A DNA stretch of 32,000 nucleotides. It comes from an uncultured archaeon (lineage in GTDB: Archaea > Asgardarchaeota > Thorarchaeia > Thorarchaeales > Thorarchaeaceae). Position 1 is the stretch's first letter, and every line of letters starts with the position of its first letter. The translations under genes were made by a program, and so were the position numbers. Below, one piece after another: positions 14,854 to 26,800 of this stretch. The stretch is from NCBI GenBank assembly GCA_964354495.1, contig CAYHAA010000001.1, positions 397,049 to 429,048 of the forward strand, read 5' to 3'. The notes beneath the pieces are model-generated. The model made no database searches, was not told the DNA's origin, and saw only the letters and a program-made list of their open reading frames with translations.

Positions 14854-17800
14854 ATGAGGAGATGCGGTCTAATCGGTATTCTGCTAATAGTGGTCTTCTT
14901 ATTGCCTGTATCAAGCCCATTGGTTCAATCTGAAATGAATCTGGATGAACTCACGAAGCTGAGTCCGCTCGTTGGAGGATCGACCGTATCTCAGAGTGGT
15001 GAGCTGAACTCTGGCACAGGTACATCTCTTCCTGTTTCGATTAGCGGCATCGTGTCAAACGTTGGCTCTGGTGCCATGCAAATCACCTCTGCAAGTCCTG
15101 GAACAAGTACTGTCACACTTACCGATGGTTGGACAGGTACCAATCTTGCCGCTCAGATTGAGTCACTATCTATGACGACAGACAATGTCCTGCGCAACAG
15201 TAACCTGAACAACTACCATTCGGAGAGGTTCCTTGTCAGTTCCACCGCCGCATACAACGGTGAAGCCCATCCTGTGCCTAATAGCTGGACAATGTACAAG
15301 AGCGTCGCAAATGACGAGAAACATCCAAATCATGGCGTATATGAAATCGAGGCAAGTCCCAGTGGTTATGGTGGAACATATGGTCTCTTTCTAGAGTCCC
15401 AATATGGAACTAGTTTCAGCCACAATCCAAATGATGAAGTCTTCATCAGCCAGATGATTTCCACTCCATGGCGAGCTGTCTATACTGCTCAAATCTCGTT
15501 CAAGTATTACATTACTTCAAGCTCTACGATGACAGACAAGCTCCACTTGTTCACGAGGTTGGGCGGTTATGTCACCAAGTATCATGTGTTCGAATCTGGT
15601 GACACGACGAATACTTGGCTGACTGCATCAGTGGTGGTCCAGGCGGCTTCTCTGCAAGGACTTGCAAACCGTGTGCTGCAGCTCGACATCGGTCTTGCCA
15701 CTGACTTGAGCGGCACGCAGTCTCTAGCAGCCAATGCATATGCCTACATTGATGACGTGCAGCTGAGTTTTGTGGTCCGTCCCTTCCCCGAGCAGATTGA
15801 CCTCAAGGCAAATGGAACTATTGTATGGGGTTCTACCTCTGGAAGCACCTACCCATATGTCCCTGACGATGCCGATCGTGATTGCTGGGACTACTCAAGC
15901 GGTATTGACCTTGATGGCTACAACGATGACGGTAATATTGAATTTGGCATTTATGGCAGTGATTGGACTGTAGATGCCGATTTCCAGATTGGCCTCCAGT
16001 TTCCTGTATCTATCCCCAGGGGTGTAATCATCACTTCAGCATGGGTGGAGATGGAAGCAGTCTCGTCATCAAGCCCTAATCTGTACGGTGCACGAGTCTA
16101 TATTGCAGACGCTGATAATGTAGGTGCTTTTACAACAGGACTGCCCCATCTGGAGGACAGATACAGTTGGGTGCCAACAAGTATAGACTGGACCTTCAAC
16201 TCATGGATAACGTTTCCTGATACTCGATACAAGTCCCCCGAGATAGGGCCACTTATTCAGAAAGTTGTCAGCCGACCTGGATGGTCCCAGGACAACTACA
16301 TGTGTCTTATGATTGACTACATGGACTCCGACTACTTCCAGAGATATAGCAACATAAAGGGAAGCACAGGTTGGGGCCCGGAGGATCTCGCAAGACTCTA
16401 TGTCGAGTATGTCATACCGGAAGATGAAGATCACGCGGTCTTCTACAATTTCCAGAAGACTATCACAATAGACCACACACGTGTTGCTGCTACGCTCACG
16501 AACTTCCCTGTCCTCATCGACATCATCGATACCGATTTGAAGAATCATGTTCTGTCAGGTGGCAATGACGTTGCTTTCACTCTGAATGGCCAGCCTCTTG
16601 ATTATGAGATTGAGCTTTTTGATCAGAACTATAATACCACGCATGCTCATCTCGTGGCATGGGTCAAAGTTCCTAGTTTGTCTAGCACCATTGATACGGC
16701 GATTACCATGCACTATGGATGTGAAGACGTACCATCGAGCTACTCCACTGGTGTGTGGGACAGCTATGAGATAGTCCAGCACCTCAACGACAATCCTACG
16801 GGAACACAACATGATAGCTCTGCAAACGATCACCATGGTACATCATATGGGGCTATGACGACTGATGATCTCCTAGCTGGCAGGATTGGGAGTGCCATTG
16901 AGTTCGATGGCATCGACGATGTCATCTCAGTGGGTCAGATATACACGGATCAGTGGTCACAACTCACTGTGAGTGCTTGGGTCTATCATGATTTGACCTC
17001 TGATGACCGTATCTTCTCAAAAGCTCCTAGCACGACCCCCCCCGACTGCATCATGCATCTTGGCATCACTGGCTCAGGCAATATGAGAGCCCGACTGTCA
17101 ACAGATGAATCTGCGTCGGGCAACTATGATAGTCTGACGATTCCATCGAACCTGAATTGGCACCTTCTCACTTGGACCTGGAGCTCAGCCGGAACAGTGT
17201 ATCTATACATAGACGGAAGTCTGGATCGCTCTCTAGCTAGGACTGGCACATCAGTGAAGAATTCCGATCTGATGTTCATTGTAGCCAATTGGGAAACCGG
17301 CACGAGCGATTCTAGGCATTGGGACGGCAAGATTGACGAAATCAGAATGCTGCCCGCACTTCTCTCAGGCGATTGGATTCTCACAGAATGGAGAAATCAG
17401 AATAGTCCATCAACATTCTACTCTGTAGGAACAGAGTCAGGGAATCCTGATGTCTGGACCGATGCCGGAGAAACGAGTGTGCTCTTCACGACAGATTCTA
17501 CGGCACCAGTCACATTGGATGTCAACCTCACATTCGATATCAGCGGAAATGGTCAGACCCTCGATGAGGACCTTGACCCTGGTACAAGCTTCTTCATTGA
17601 GAGTGGAAGCAGCATTGTCAATTGGACCGCAAGGGTCATGGTCTCACCCCCTGCTGGTGCCACGTCTTTCGGTTTCAGCGTGGAATACCCGATGGCGGAG
17701 TGGAAACCGACAGCAGCGCTCAATCCGTTCAACAATGCCAAGAGTTACCCGCAGGACTGGTGGTATCAGGCAGGAACTCTGTCCATCAATTCCTCGGCTA

Positions 17801-20800
17801 TCGATTTCTGGGGTATCTGGACGCTCAAATTCATCAGCTGGAACTTTGCCCAAGACTTGGTCTTAGGAAGAACTGGAGAAGCGCTCTCGACCACAGCGAC
17901 TTTCAACATTGGCGACTCCATGAAGTACTTGGCAACCACTCCCACCGTCCAGGGAGCAACTGTCGGGCTTGTGCTGACTGATCCGACTGGCTCCGTACGG
18001 TATTCTCTTTATAATTCGACAGTCACTAATCCATCACACAAGTTTCCGTCATTTAACTATAGGAAGGACTTCACAATAGTCCCTACCAACAATGTGTACG
18101 AAAATGTAGTTGACTTCCCGATTGCTCTTGATTTCACAGACACTGATCTTCACAGCACAAACAAGGTTCGAGCTGATGGTTCGGACATTATGTTTGCCAT
18201 GGGCAGCACCATTCTCCCTCACCAGATAGAGTACTTCAAGCAGGACTACACTCCAACAGACGCTCGTCTGGTAGTGTGGGTCTGTGCCAATCTCTCCTCT
18301 ACGGTCACGAATACGTTCTCAATGTACTATGGAAGTCCAATTGTCGATAATCTCGAAGACCCTGAAGGTGTCTGGGGTCCAAACATGGAAGCAGTCTGGC
18401 ACCTAGGAGAGGATGTAGTTGATGAAGGCTCCACAGGCGTGCACTACGACGCGACCGGAAATGGCTACAATGGCGTGCAGCACGGGAACGTCGAGACTCT
18501 TACATCACGCGTAGGCTACGCTCAGACCTTTGACGGCAACGACTACATCGAATTCTCCGACACTCTTGCCCCTCCCGGCAATGTAATGATTACCGGTTGG
18601 TTCCGGATATCCTCCACACACAGTCCCACGACCGCAACCACGAAGGTGATCATGGAGAAGTACCTTGATGGCGACCACAATATGGTCATTGCGCTTGTTG
18701 GACAAGATTACGGGCAAGGAACAGTCCCGAATGGAACCCTTGTCTTCAAAGTTGAGAGCGCGTCGGGCCAGGCCATGTACAAATGGACGACTAGGACTAC
18801 TTGGAATGCAGGTTGGTACTATATTGGTTGTTATGCCAATGAGTCGGACCCATCAAAGAACAAGATCTTTGTGGGATTCTCAACCGCCGCCTATGATACA
18901 GCAGTCGGCCAGGTTGGGTCAGGAACTCAGGTAAATATGAGCTATGTTGAGGAATGGCGACTTGGCGGCAGCGATTATGACATTGCCACTCCCAAGACGG
19001 GTTGGTTCACAGGCAATATAGATGAATTCCGGATTGCCACTGTGTACCGTTCTGAGGGGTGGCTCAAGACTGAGTGGGATAACCAGGCATCGCCCACGAC
19101 ATTCGCCTCGAAAGGAACCGAACAGGCGCGGACATCACCCAACCATACCTTCACCCAGACTCTGGCCTCAACTGCTCCTGCAGGCATCTGGACCGCCTCT
19201 GTCTACTACAACGATACTGGTGCATCAGTGTCAACTCGAACTGGCCTCTTTGAACGCACCTTCACAGTGAAGCGCAACACATACCTCACGCTCGCCAAAC
19301 CAACAGATGCTGTCGGTGATCGCCTGTCCGTCAAGACCGCTGGGGACGCAGTGATTGTTGAGTTTGAACTGAAGGACACACTGAATGCTCAGCTCGTCAA
19401 CGGTGCAACTGTCACCATCAACTGGACTTCTCCGAGCACGGTGACTCTTGACTCCTATGGAGGAGGGAAGTATGGTAAGGTGCTTGACACAAATGGCCTT
19501 GCCAGTGCGAAGAGATGGCGAATCAATGTGCAATCAACTCATCCGTACTACAACAATGCGAACGAGTACTTCGATATTGACCTCTATCATAATACTGGAC
19601 TCGACTCTTCAGGTGTATCGACTACTCCCGTTGGAGAGGACTTCACCGCGACGCTCACATTCATGGACTCATACACAGGAACGCCCATTCAGGGAGCAGC
19701 TATTACCTTTTCAGACAACTCACCTGTGCAATCTTATGTTGACGAGGGAGGCGGTGTCTATAGTGTGACTGTCGACTCCGCGGCTCTGAGCCTCGGTGAC
19801 CACGTATATACTCTCAAAGCCACTTCCAGTAATGCCTATCTGAAGACAGCAACTGTCACAGTGACATTCACCTTGAGGGCACACTATACATCAGTTTCAG
19901 TTCAAGGGGACTTTGTGACACCGTACGGAAGTAACACACAGGTCACAGTGGTCTTGATTGACCTAGACACCGGACTGCCGGTAACGATTGGAAGTGTTTC
20001 TACATTCTCCTTCACTACCGACTCTTATGCAGCTGATAACTTCGGTTCACTCTCAAGCTTCACACAGACACTGACAACAAATGACTGGTTGATAGGCACA
20101 GAAACCGTGACTCTCACGGTCACGATGTCCAGCACGAATTTCCTGGCTCCTGACCAATTTCAGTTTGATATTACAATCAGGCGCCACAGGACTTCACTGA
20201 CCATAGCTGGAGTCGTGACACAGCCCTATGGAAATCTGACTCCACTCACGGCAATCCTCACAGACCTTGATACTGGCACTCCTGTGCCTATTGGTGCTGT
20301 GCAACAAATACTGTTCCAATGGATTGGTGGATCCCAGACACTGTCTGGGAGTTACACCGTGTCCTTGGCCACTAGCGCATGGCCGGTGGGGACAAGGATT
20401 GTCCAAGTGATTACTACTATGGTTGCAGGTGCGACATATGACGCACCCTCCAACTACCAGTTCACAGTCACTATCCGCAAGATGGCAACAGTCTTGTACT
20501 ATGATCCTTCAAGTTTCACCTTTCCACTTGGCACTGATTTCGAAGTCAATCTTCGTCTCAATGTGAGTGAACCCGGACAGTACTATGGTGATCCAATCAC
20601 AGGAAGGACTGCAGGCGAGTTCTCAGTTCCACCTTACACGTTCACGCTTAATACTGCTGATAATGCCGTTGGCAGATACAAACTAACAATCAGTGCATCC
20701 TACTTCGTGGGGGGTTCATATGAGATTCGCGTCTACTTCGTTTCTGCAGATAGCCGCTACGCGGACGCGTCTGTGCTTATCCGATTCACCTACCGACAAA

Positions 20801-23800
20801 TCCAAAGCTATCTGACTTCACCGAACTATCCGCAGGTAACAACTCCCTACGGCATGGATGTTCAAATCACGCTCAACTACACAGATGCTGACTATGGAAC
20901 AGGTATCGAGGGTGCGATGATATCATCTCCCGACCACCCGGCTTGGGTCTATGGACAAGTTGATCTCGGTGAAGGTGTCTACACAGTCTGGATTGATGTG
21001 GAGGGATTGACTCAAGGCACACATTACATCAGCCTCACTGCTACCAAAGCGGGCATTGATGCAAAGACGCTGCAGTTCAGAATCATTGTCAGAGCTGCCT
21101 ACACCTCCGTCATTCCCTCAGTCGGGTCACTCGTGATACCTCTTGGCAGTTCTGTGACCTTCTACGTCGACTACACGGACCTCGATAGGCTGCTGCCAAT
21201 TGACAACAATACCGGTGACACTGATGTTGTTTCCTCCTGGGGCAGGTTCACGGTCGAGTATGTAATAGCGATGCAGAGATACAGGATTGTGTTCCAGACT
21301 ATAGACTCAGATGGTGTTTCCTCAAATGTCGTCCGAACCTTCACTTTCTCAAAGGGAGCAAACTATCAGGTTGCAGGCTTCAATATCACAGTCACAATTC
21401 GCACGCACAATACTGACTTCCGACTTGTTAGTTCTGTTGAACCAACTAGCACGATTGGAATATTCAACATCTCAGTATACTATGGAGACCTCGATGATGC
21501 AGTCGGCATCAAGTCGACTCTTGTCATCTTCTCCGTCTACAATGCATCCGGACTCGTTTCCTCGAGCTACAGTTATGACCTAGTGCTTGGTGATGGTTTC
21601 TACAGAATCCAGGTGCCTGCCTCACAATTTGGCCTCGGTCTGCAGACATTCACAGTGTATGCTGACTGGACGGGCACGTATCCGAAGTATCAGGACAAGT
21701 CTCTTGTCACGACTGCGAGCGTTGTGGGCCGTGAGTCTGCATTGACTCTTCTGCTCTCCTCTGAACCAACACCCTACCTCGGTACGATGAGCTACACCTT
21801 CTTCTTCAGTGACATCTTCAGCGGCATTGGAATTGACAATCTGACCGGCCATGTCTTCATCTTTGTCAGTTTCCAGGGCGAAATCATCGAACCCTCAGAC
21901 ATAACCATAATCGACCGGTCTGCAACACAACCTGGCAACTATTCGATTCAGTTCAATACGTCTGTCCTTAGCAGAACTGGCCTGTTCTTTATGGACATCT
22001 CCATGGAGTGGGCGAAGGGTGTTTCGCCCTACTATGCAAACCGCACTGATGTTGTTTCCCTAAGGGTGCTACAACGAGACACCTTGCTGCAGACCACGCC
22101 TCCATCTCCTACAAGTTATGGTGAGAATGCAACCTTCACCTTCACTTTTGAGGACATAACCGGAGAACTCAGCATCCCTATCAACGATGGTCCCACATTA
22201 ACAGTTCAGTTGAGTCTTGCTGACTATTCAGTATCGTACAATGCCATATCACACATATTCACAGTGTCCTTCAATACCGACCAGTTTGGCACAACACTGG
22301 GTTCACACTCATTCACCCTCGATGTCATATGGAGCGGCGTCCCGTTCTATGCAAGTCGCACCGGAAAATTGGTATCAGTGACAGTGATTGCCCGTGAAAC
22401 ATTCATGGAGTATCTCACCCCTGCTCCCACACAATACATGGACACGGTTGTGTTCAATGTCACATGGACCGATATCACTGGTGGCGCTTCAGACCCGATC
22501 TCCGGGTCAACTCTCACTCTCTATGATGGTCTGACTCCGATCAATGTAGCCAAGTACAGCTATGTTGAGGTGGCATCGGGCATATACAGGATCACTCTCA
22601 ACACCACCTATGCTCCCTCCCCAGGAACATATCAGCTCCGCGTCGGACTCAATGCTGGAGTCTCGTACATCACTCCAGCCTACGTCATTCGCGAATTCAG
22701 TATCAGATACAGGATTACATTGCTCTCCGCGGAGCCAGTCGCAGCGGTGCCCTACAACTCGCCCGCCCAAGTCATTCTCTATTACCAAGACCTGTACACT
22801 GCCAGTCTTATCGCGAACACATCAGCTGGCTCGTATCCTGTGAACCTGCAGTTCCTCACAGGCAGCAATTGGATCTATTCAGTCGTCTGGAATCCTGTCT
22901 TCAAACACTATGAACTATCTATACAAACCTACAATCAGGGATTCGTCATCGGCGCACCTGTGACCGTGACGCTGAGGATGAGCTATGACATTCAAGCTCC
23001 CTTCTATGCATCGGATGACCTCATCATGCAGTTCACGCTGCGAATACGCTACTCTAGCCTAACCCTGACCTCTGAACCTGAGACCACGCCCTACGGCGAC
23101 AATGCTCAGTTCAGAGTCTTCTTTGCAGACGCTGATGCAGCAGGTGCTGGCATAGCGAACGCTCAAATCGTGGTTCTCAACAACTCAGTGCCCTTGACGC
23201 TGAATACGCATTACACACTCTCACAGGGTATTGCTGGGGAGTATATCCTCACAGTCGACTCAGAGTTCCTAGGAGGTCTGGGAACCCGCTCACTCACGGT
23301 GAAAGCGAATTGGATTGCGGGTTCTCCCTACCATAGCAATGCGACTCGAGTTGTCAGTATCCTTGTACGCGCGAGAGAGACAAGTCTCGATGTGACCATA
23401 CCTCCCTCTCAGGTGAAGTATCTCGATGACGTCACATTTGCTTTTGTCTACACCGACCTAGATGCTGCCGCTCCTATAGCAGCAATCATGGCATCGTATA
23501 TCCACCTGAGGTTCGCCAATGGCACGGAGATTATTGGTGGCTACACGATAACTCCTGTGGGCTCATCCTTCGAAGTGGTGATCTCGTCGACGAGAGTGTC
23601 GAACATACCGGTCACTGGTCTTTCACTCATCGTTGGTGTTGACTGGCCAGGCTCTCTAGCGCCATTCTACGCGGACGACACGACGACCCTCAAGATAACA
23701 ATAGTCGGGCGCAGCATCCTTGTTGAGACAGGACAGATAGACCGAACTCCTAAGGGTGACACGCTTTCAATCGTCCTGACCCTCGCGGACCTCGACAATG

Positions 23801-26800
23801 GCAATCCTGTCACAGGAGCCATCATCCTCTTCAGTTCCCAGAACGAGAGTCTTGTGCAGGGAGTCAACTATGGCATATCTGAGCTGACCGGAACGTACAC
23901 AATCAGTGTATACACTGGCACCTTCCCCGGTATTGGCGTGTTCCTGTTCGACGTGGAGGTTCGTTGGAATCCACTTGTCTCGCCGTTCTATGGCAACAGA
24001 ACAACTGGCACGCTCAATGGTCTGATAGATACCATCAGAGCATCACTTCAGGCTGGTTCGCCTGTTCCATCCACGGTACAGATAACCGGAAGTGTATCGC
24101 TCATAGTGACCTATAGCGATCTTGACCACGGGCAGGCCGGAATACTAGGCGCATTTATCACGGCCGAGTACGTTCCAAATACCAGTCCCGTTGTCGGTTT
24201 CATATTTACTCCCGTTGCAGGGCAGCCTGGTCAGTACAACATCAGCTTCAGCACATCCAATCTACCTGCCACCGGAAGCTATACACTTCGAATAACAGCG
24301 ACAAAGAGCAACTATGCTACGTCACAGACAACGCCCTCTTTCAGTGTGACTCTCATCAGTACAACACTGACACCGGTACTCTCGTCCATTACAGTCAACT
24401 GGAGTATTCAAGCGCACGTGGTTGTCTTCTTCAAGAGTCTGCTCACTGGTTCTGGTGCAATAGGCGCAACAGTCACATATTCAGTCTTCGGCCTGCCAGT
24501 GACCGGCATGACACTGAATGGCACACCGGGCTACTATGAGGCGTACATCGATACGTCTTTCATTGGTGCAGGTACGCGAGTGGTCATTATCCAGGCTACC
24601 AAGGATCAGCACTTCCCCGCCACAACAACGGTTACACTCATCATTCTGACTCTGCCCAGTGAGATGACCATCATCGCGCCAACTGAAGAAGTATTACCCG
24701 TGCCACGAGGAGACCCCGTGACTGTCAATATCACTCTGACAGATGCTAACGGTGTTCCGATTCCTGTGAATCTAGTAACAGAAGAAGTTTACATCACTTT
24801 CAGAGGTCAACGATACTACCTTGTCCGAATTGACTTTACTTCGATTTGGACGGGGACCATTCCAGCTGGAGGACCTACAATATTAGACCCGGCTTCATAC
24901 GATGTCAGAATCACTGCAGTCATCGATAATTACAATCCTGCAGTGAGCCAGTTCAAGATACTCATCGAACAGACCACAACAGAAGTGAGTCCCCTATATC
25001 CTGCAGATCCATTTTTCGATCCCGAGAGCCCGCGTATAGAGGCAGTGTATTCGGAAATCATTACTTTCAGACTCAACTTCACTGTTCCTGCGATTAACGA
25101 CACTCCGATAACTGATGCCTTTGTTTATTGGTATGAAGTGCGGTGGGCGCTCAATCTGAGTTTCGTACATACGGGCGGAGGAATCTGGGAGCTCACATTC
25201 GACACGTCCCAAGGCAGATATGGTACTTGGGGTATCACATTCACAGGAATTCCGGATAATCCGATTTATGCGGCAGATGAGGTAAGTCTCACCCTCACCA
25301 TCAAGAAGATTACCACCGCGGTTATTGGGCCCTTGACACCAGAGTCCTATCCTTGGGGCTGGGTCGGAAACATCAGCTTCTTCTACAATGATACTTGGTT
25401 CAACGCGGGTGTAGATAACGCCACTGTGACCTTCGACTATGGTCCGTTCAATAACATTCCTGCATTCGACCTTGGCAACGGAACGTATCTTGTTCAGATT
25501 GACACGACATATCTGGAGTCGAATGCCCGACATAGAATCATTGTGAACCTCGCAAAGGAGAACTATGAGGAACGAACCACCGGCATCAATATCAATGTGG
25601 AGTTGCGTCCGACAGTTCTAGTTGTCATCTCAGACGAGCAGAGTCAGATTGGAGGTGATTCAGCCAACCTCCAGATTCCGATGGGCGACTCATTCTATGT
25701 TGCCTTCTTCTATAACGATACAAGCCCCATAGGTGGTCTGAGCGGCGGCATAGCCAGTGCGACTATCGGTGATAACACCCTCTTCGGAAGCACTGCATTT
25801 GGAGGCCAGCGCAATTTCACTCTTCAGAATCTGGGTGGAGGGTACTATCGCTTCTTCTTCGATACCACAGACACGAGTCTCTACCTCTTCTCTGAGGGAG
25901 TTCCTCAGACTGGTGAGAGATTCTTCTTCACCATCAGCCTTGAGTTTGAGAACCGGAAGTCCCAGGAAGTAGAAGTGGTCATCACTGTGATCGATGTCCC
26001 AACAGAGTACATCTTTGAATATCCACTAGATTTGGACTTCGTTCATGGAGACACGCTCAGGTATCGCATCTATGTGAATGATACATGGCACAATAGACCC
26101 GTTGTTGGTGCCTCTATAACAGCGGATTGGAATCCTGCAGTCGTAGTGACAGGCAATGGAACAGATGCGCCTGGTCGGTACTACGTGGACCTCTTGGCAA
26201 GTGCAGCTGGTGCAAGCGGGTTTATTGACATCTCAATCGTACTTGAGTACCATTCGATGGCACCAATCCGTATATCCGCTTATTCTGCTCCCAATGATAC
26301 AGACGTCTTGATTGGCCAGATCACTCGTATCGGCCTGCCAATCAGCCTTCTAGTCATCACTCTCTTAGGACTCTACGTAAGAGTGTGGAGCGTGCCAAAG
26401 AGAATACGTCAGATAAACAGGCAGATAAAATCAATCAGGAAGAACAAGGTTCCAAGGCCAATCTCCGATGTGAAAGAGAGAAAGCAGCTCATCGCGGACT
26501 TGTTCAATGATACTCTCTCAGAACTCAAGATCACTCGCACTGCTGCAGATATGCCGGAGGAGTCCATTCCGATTGATGTGCCTGAGATGGGAGGATTGCT
26601 CATGCAGCTGGCAATTCTCACGAACCTCAGTGCTGATGAACTGGAGGACTTCAAAACAGACATCTCAAAGATGAAGATGAGCGAACAGGCTGCCTTCGTC
26701 AAAGAGGTCATCATGCAGGAAGCCACTCGGGCTGCCCGACGCGATGGCAAGACAATCGAGGACACCCTCAAGACAGTCAAGAGAGAGGCAAGCAAGCGTC

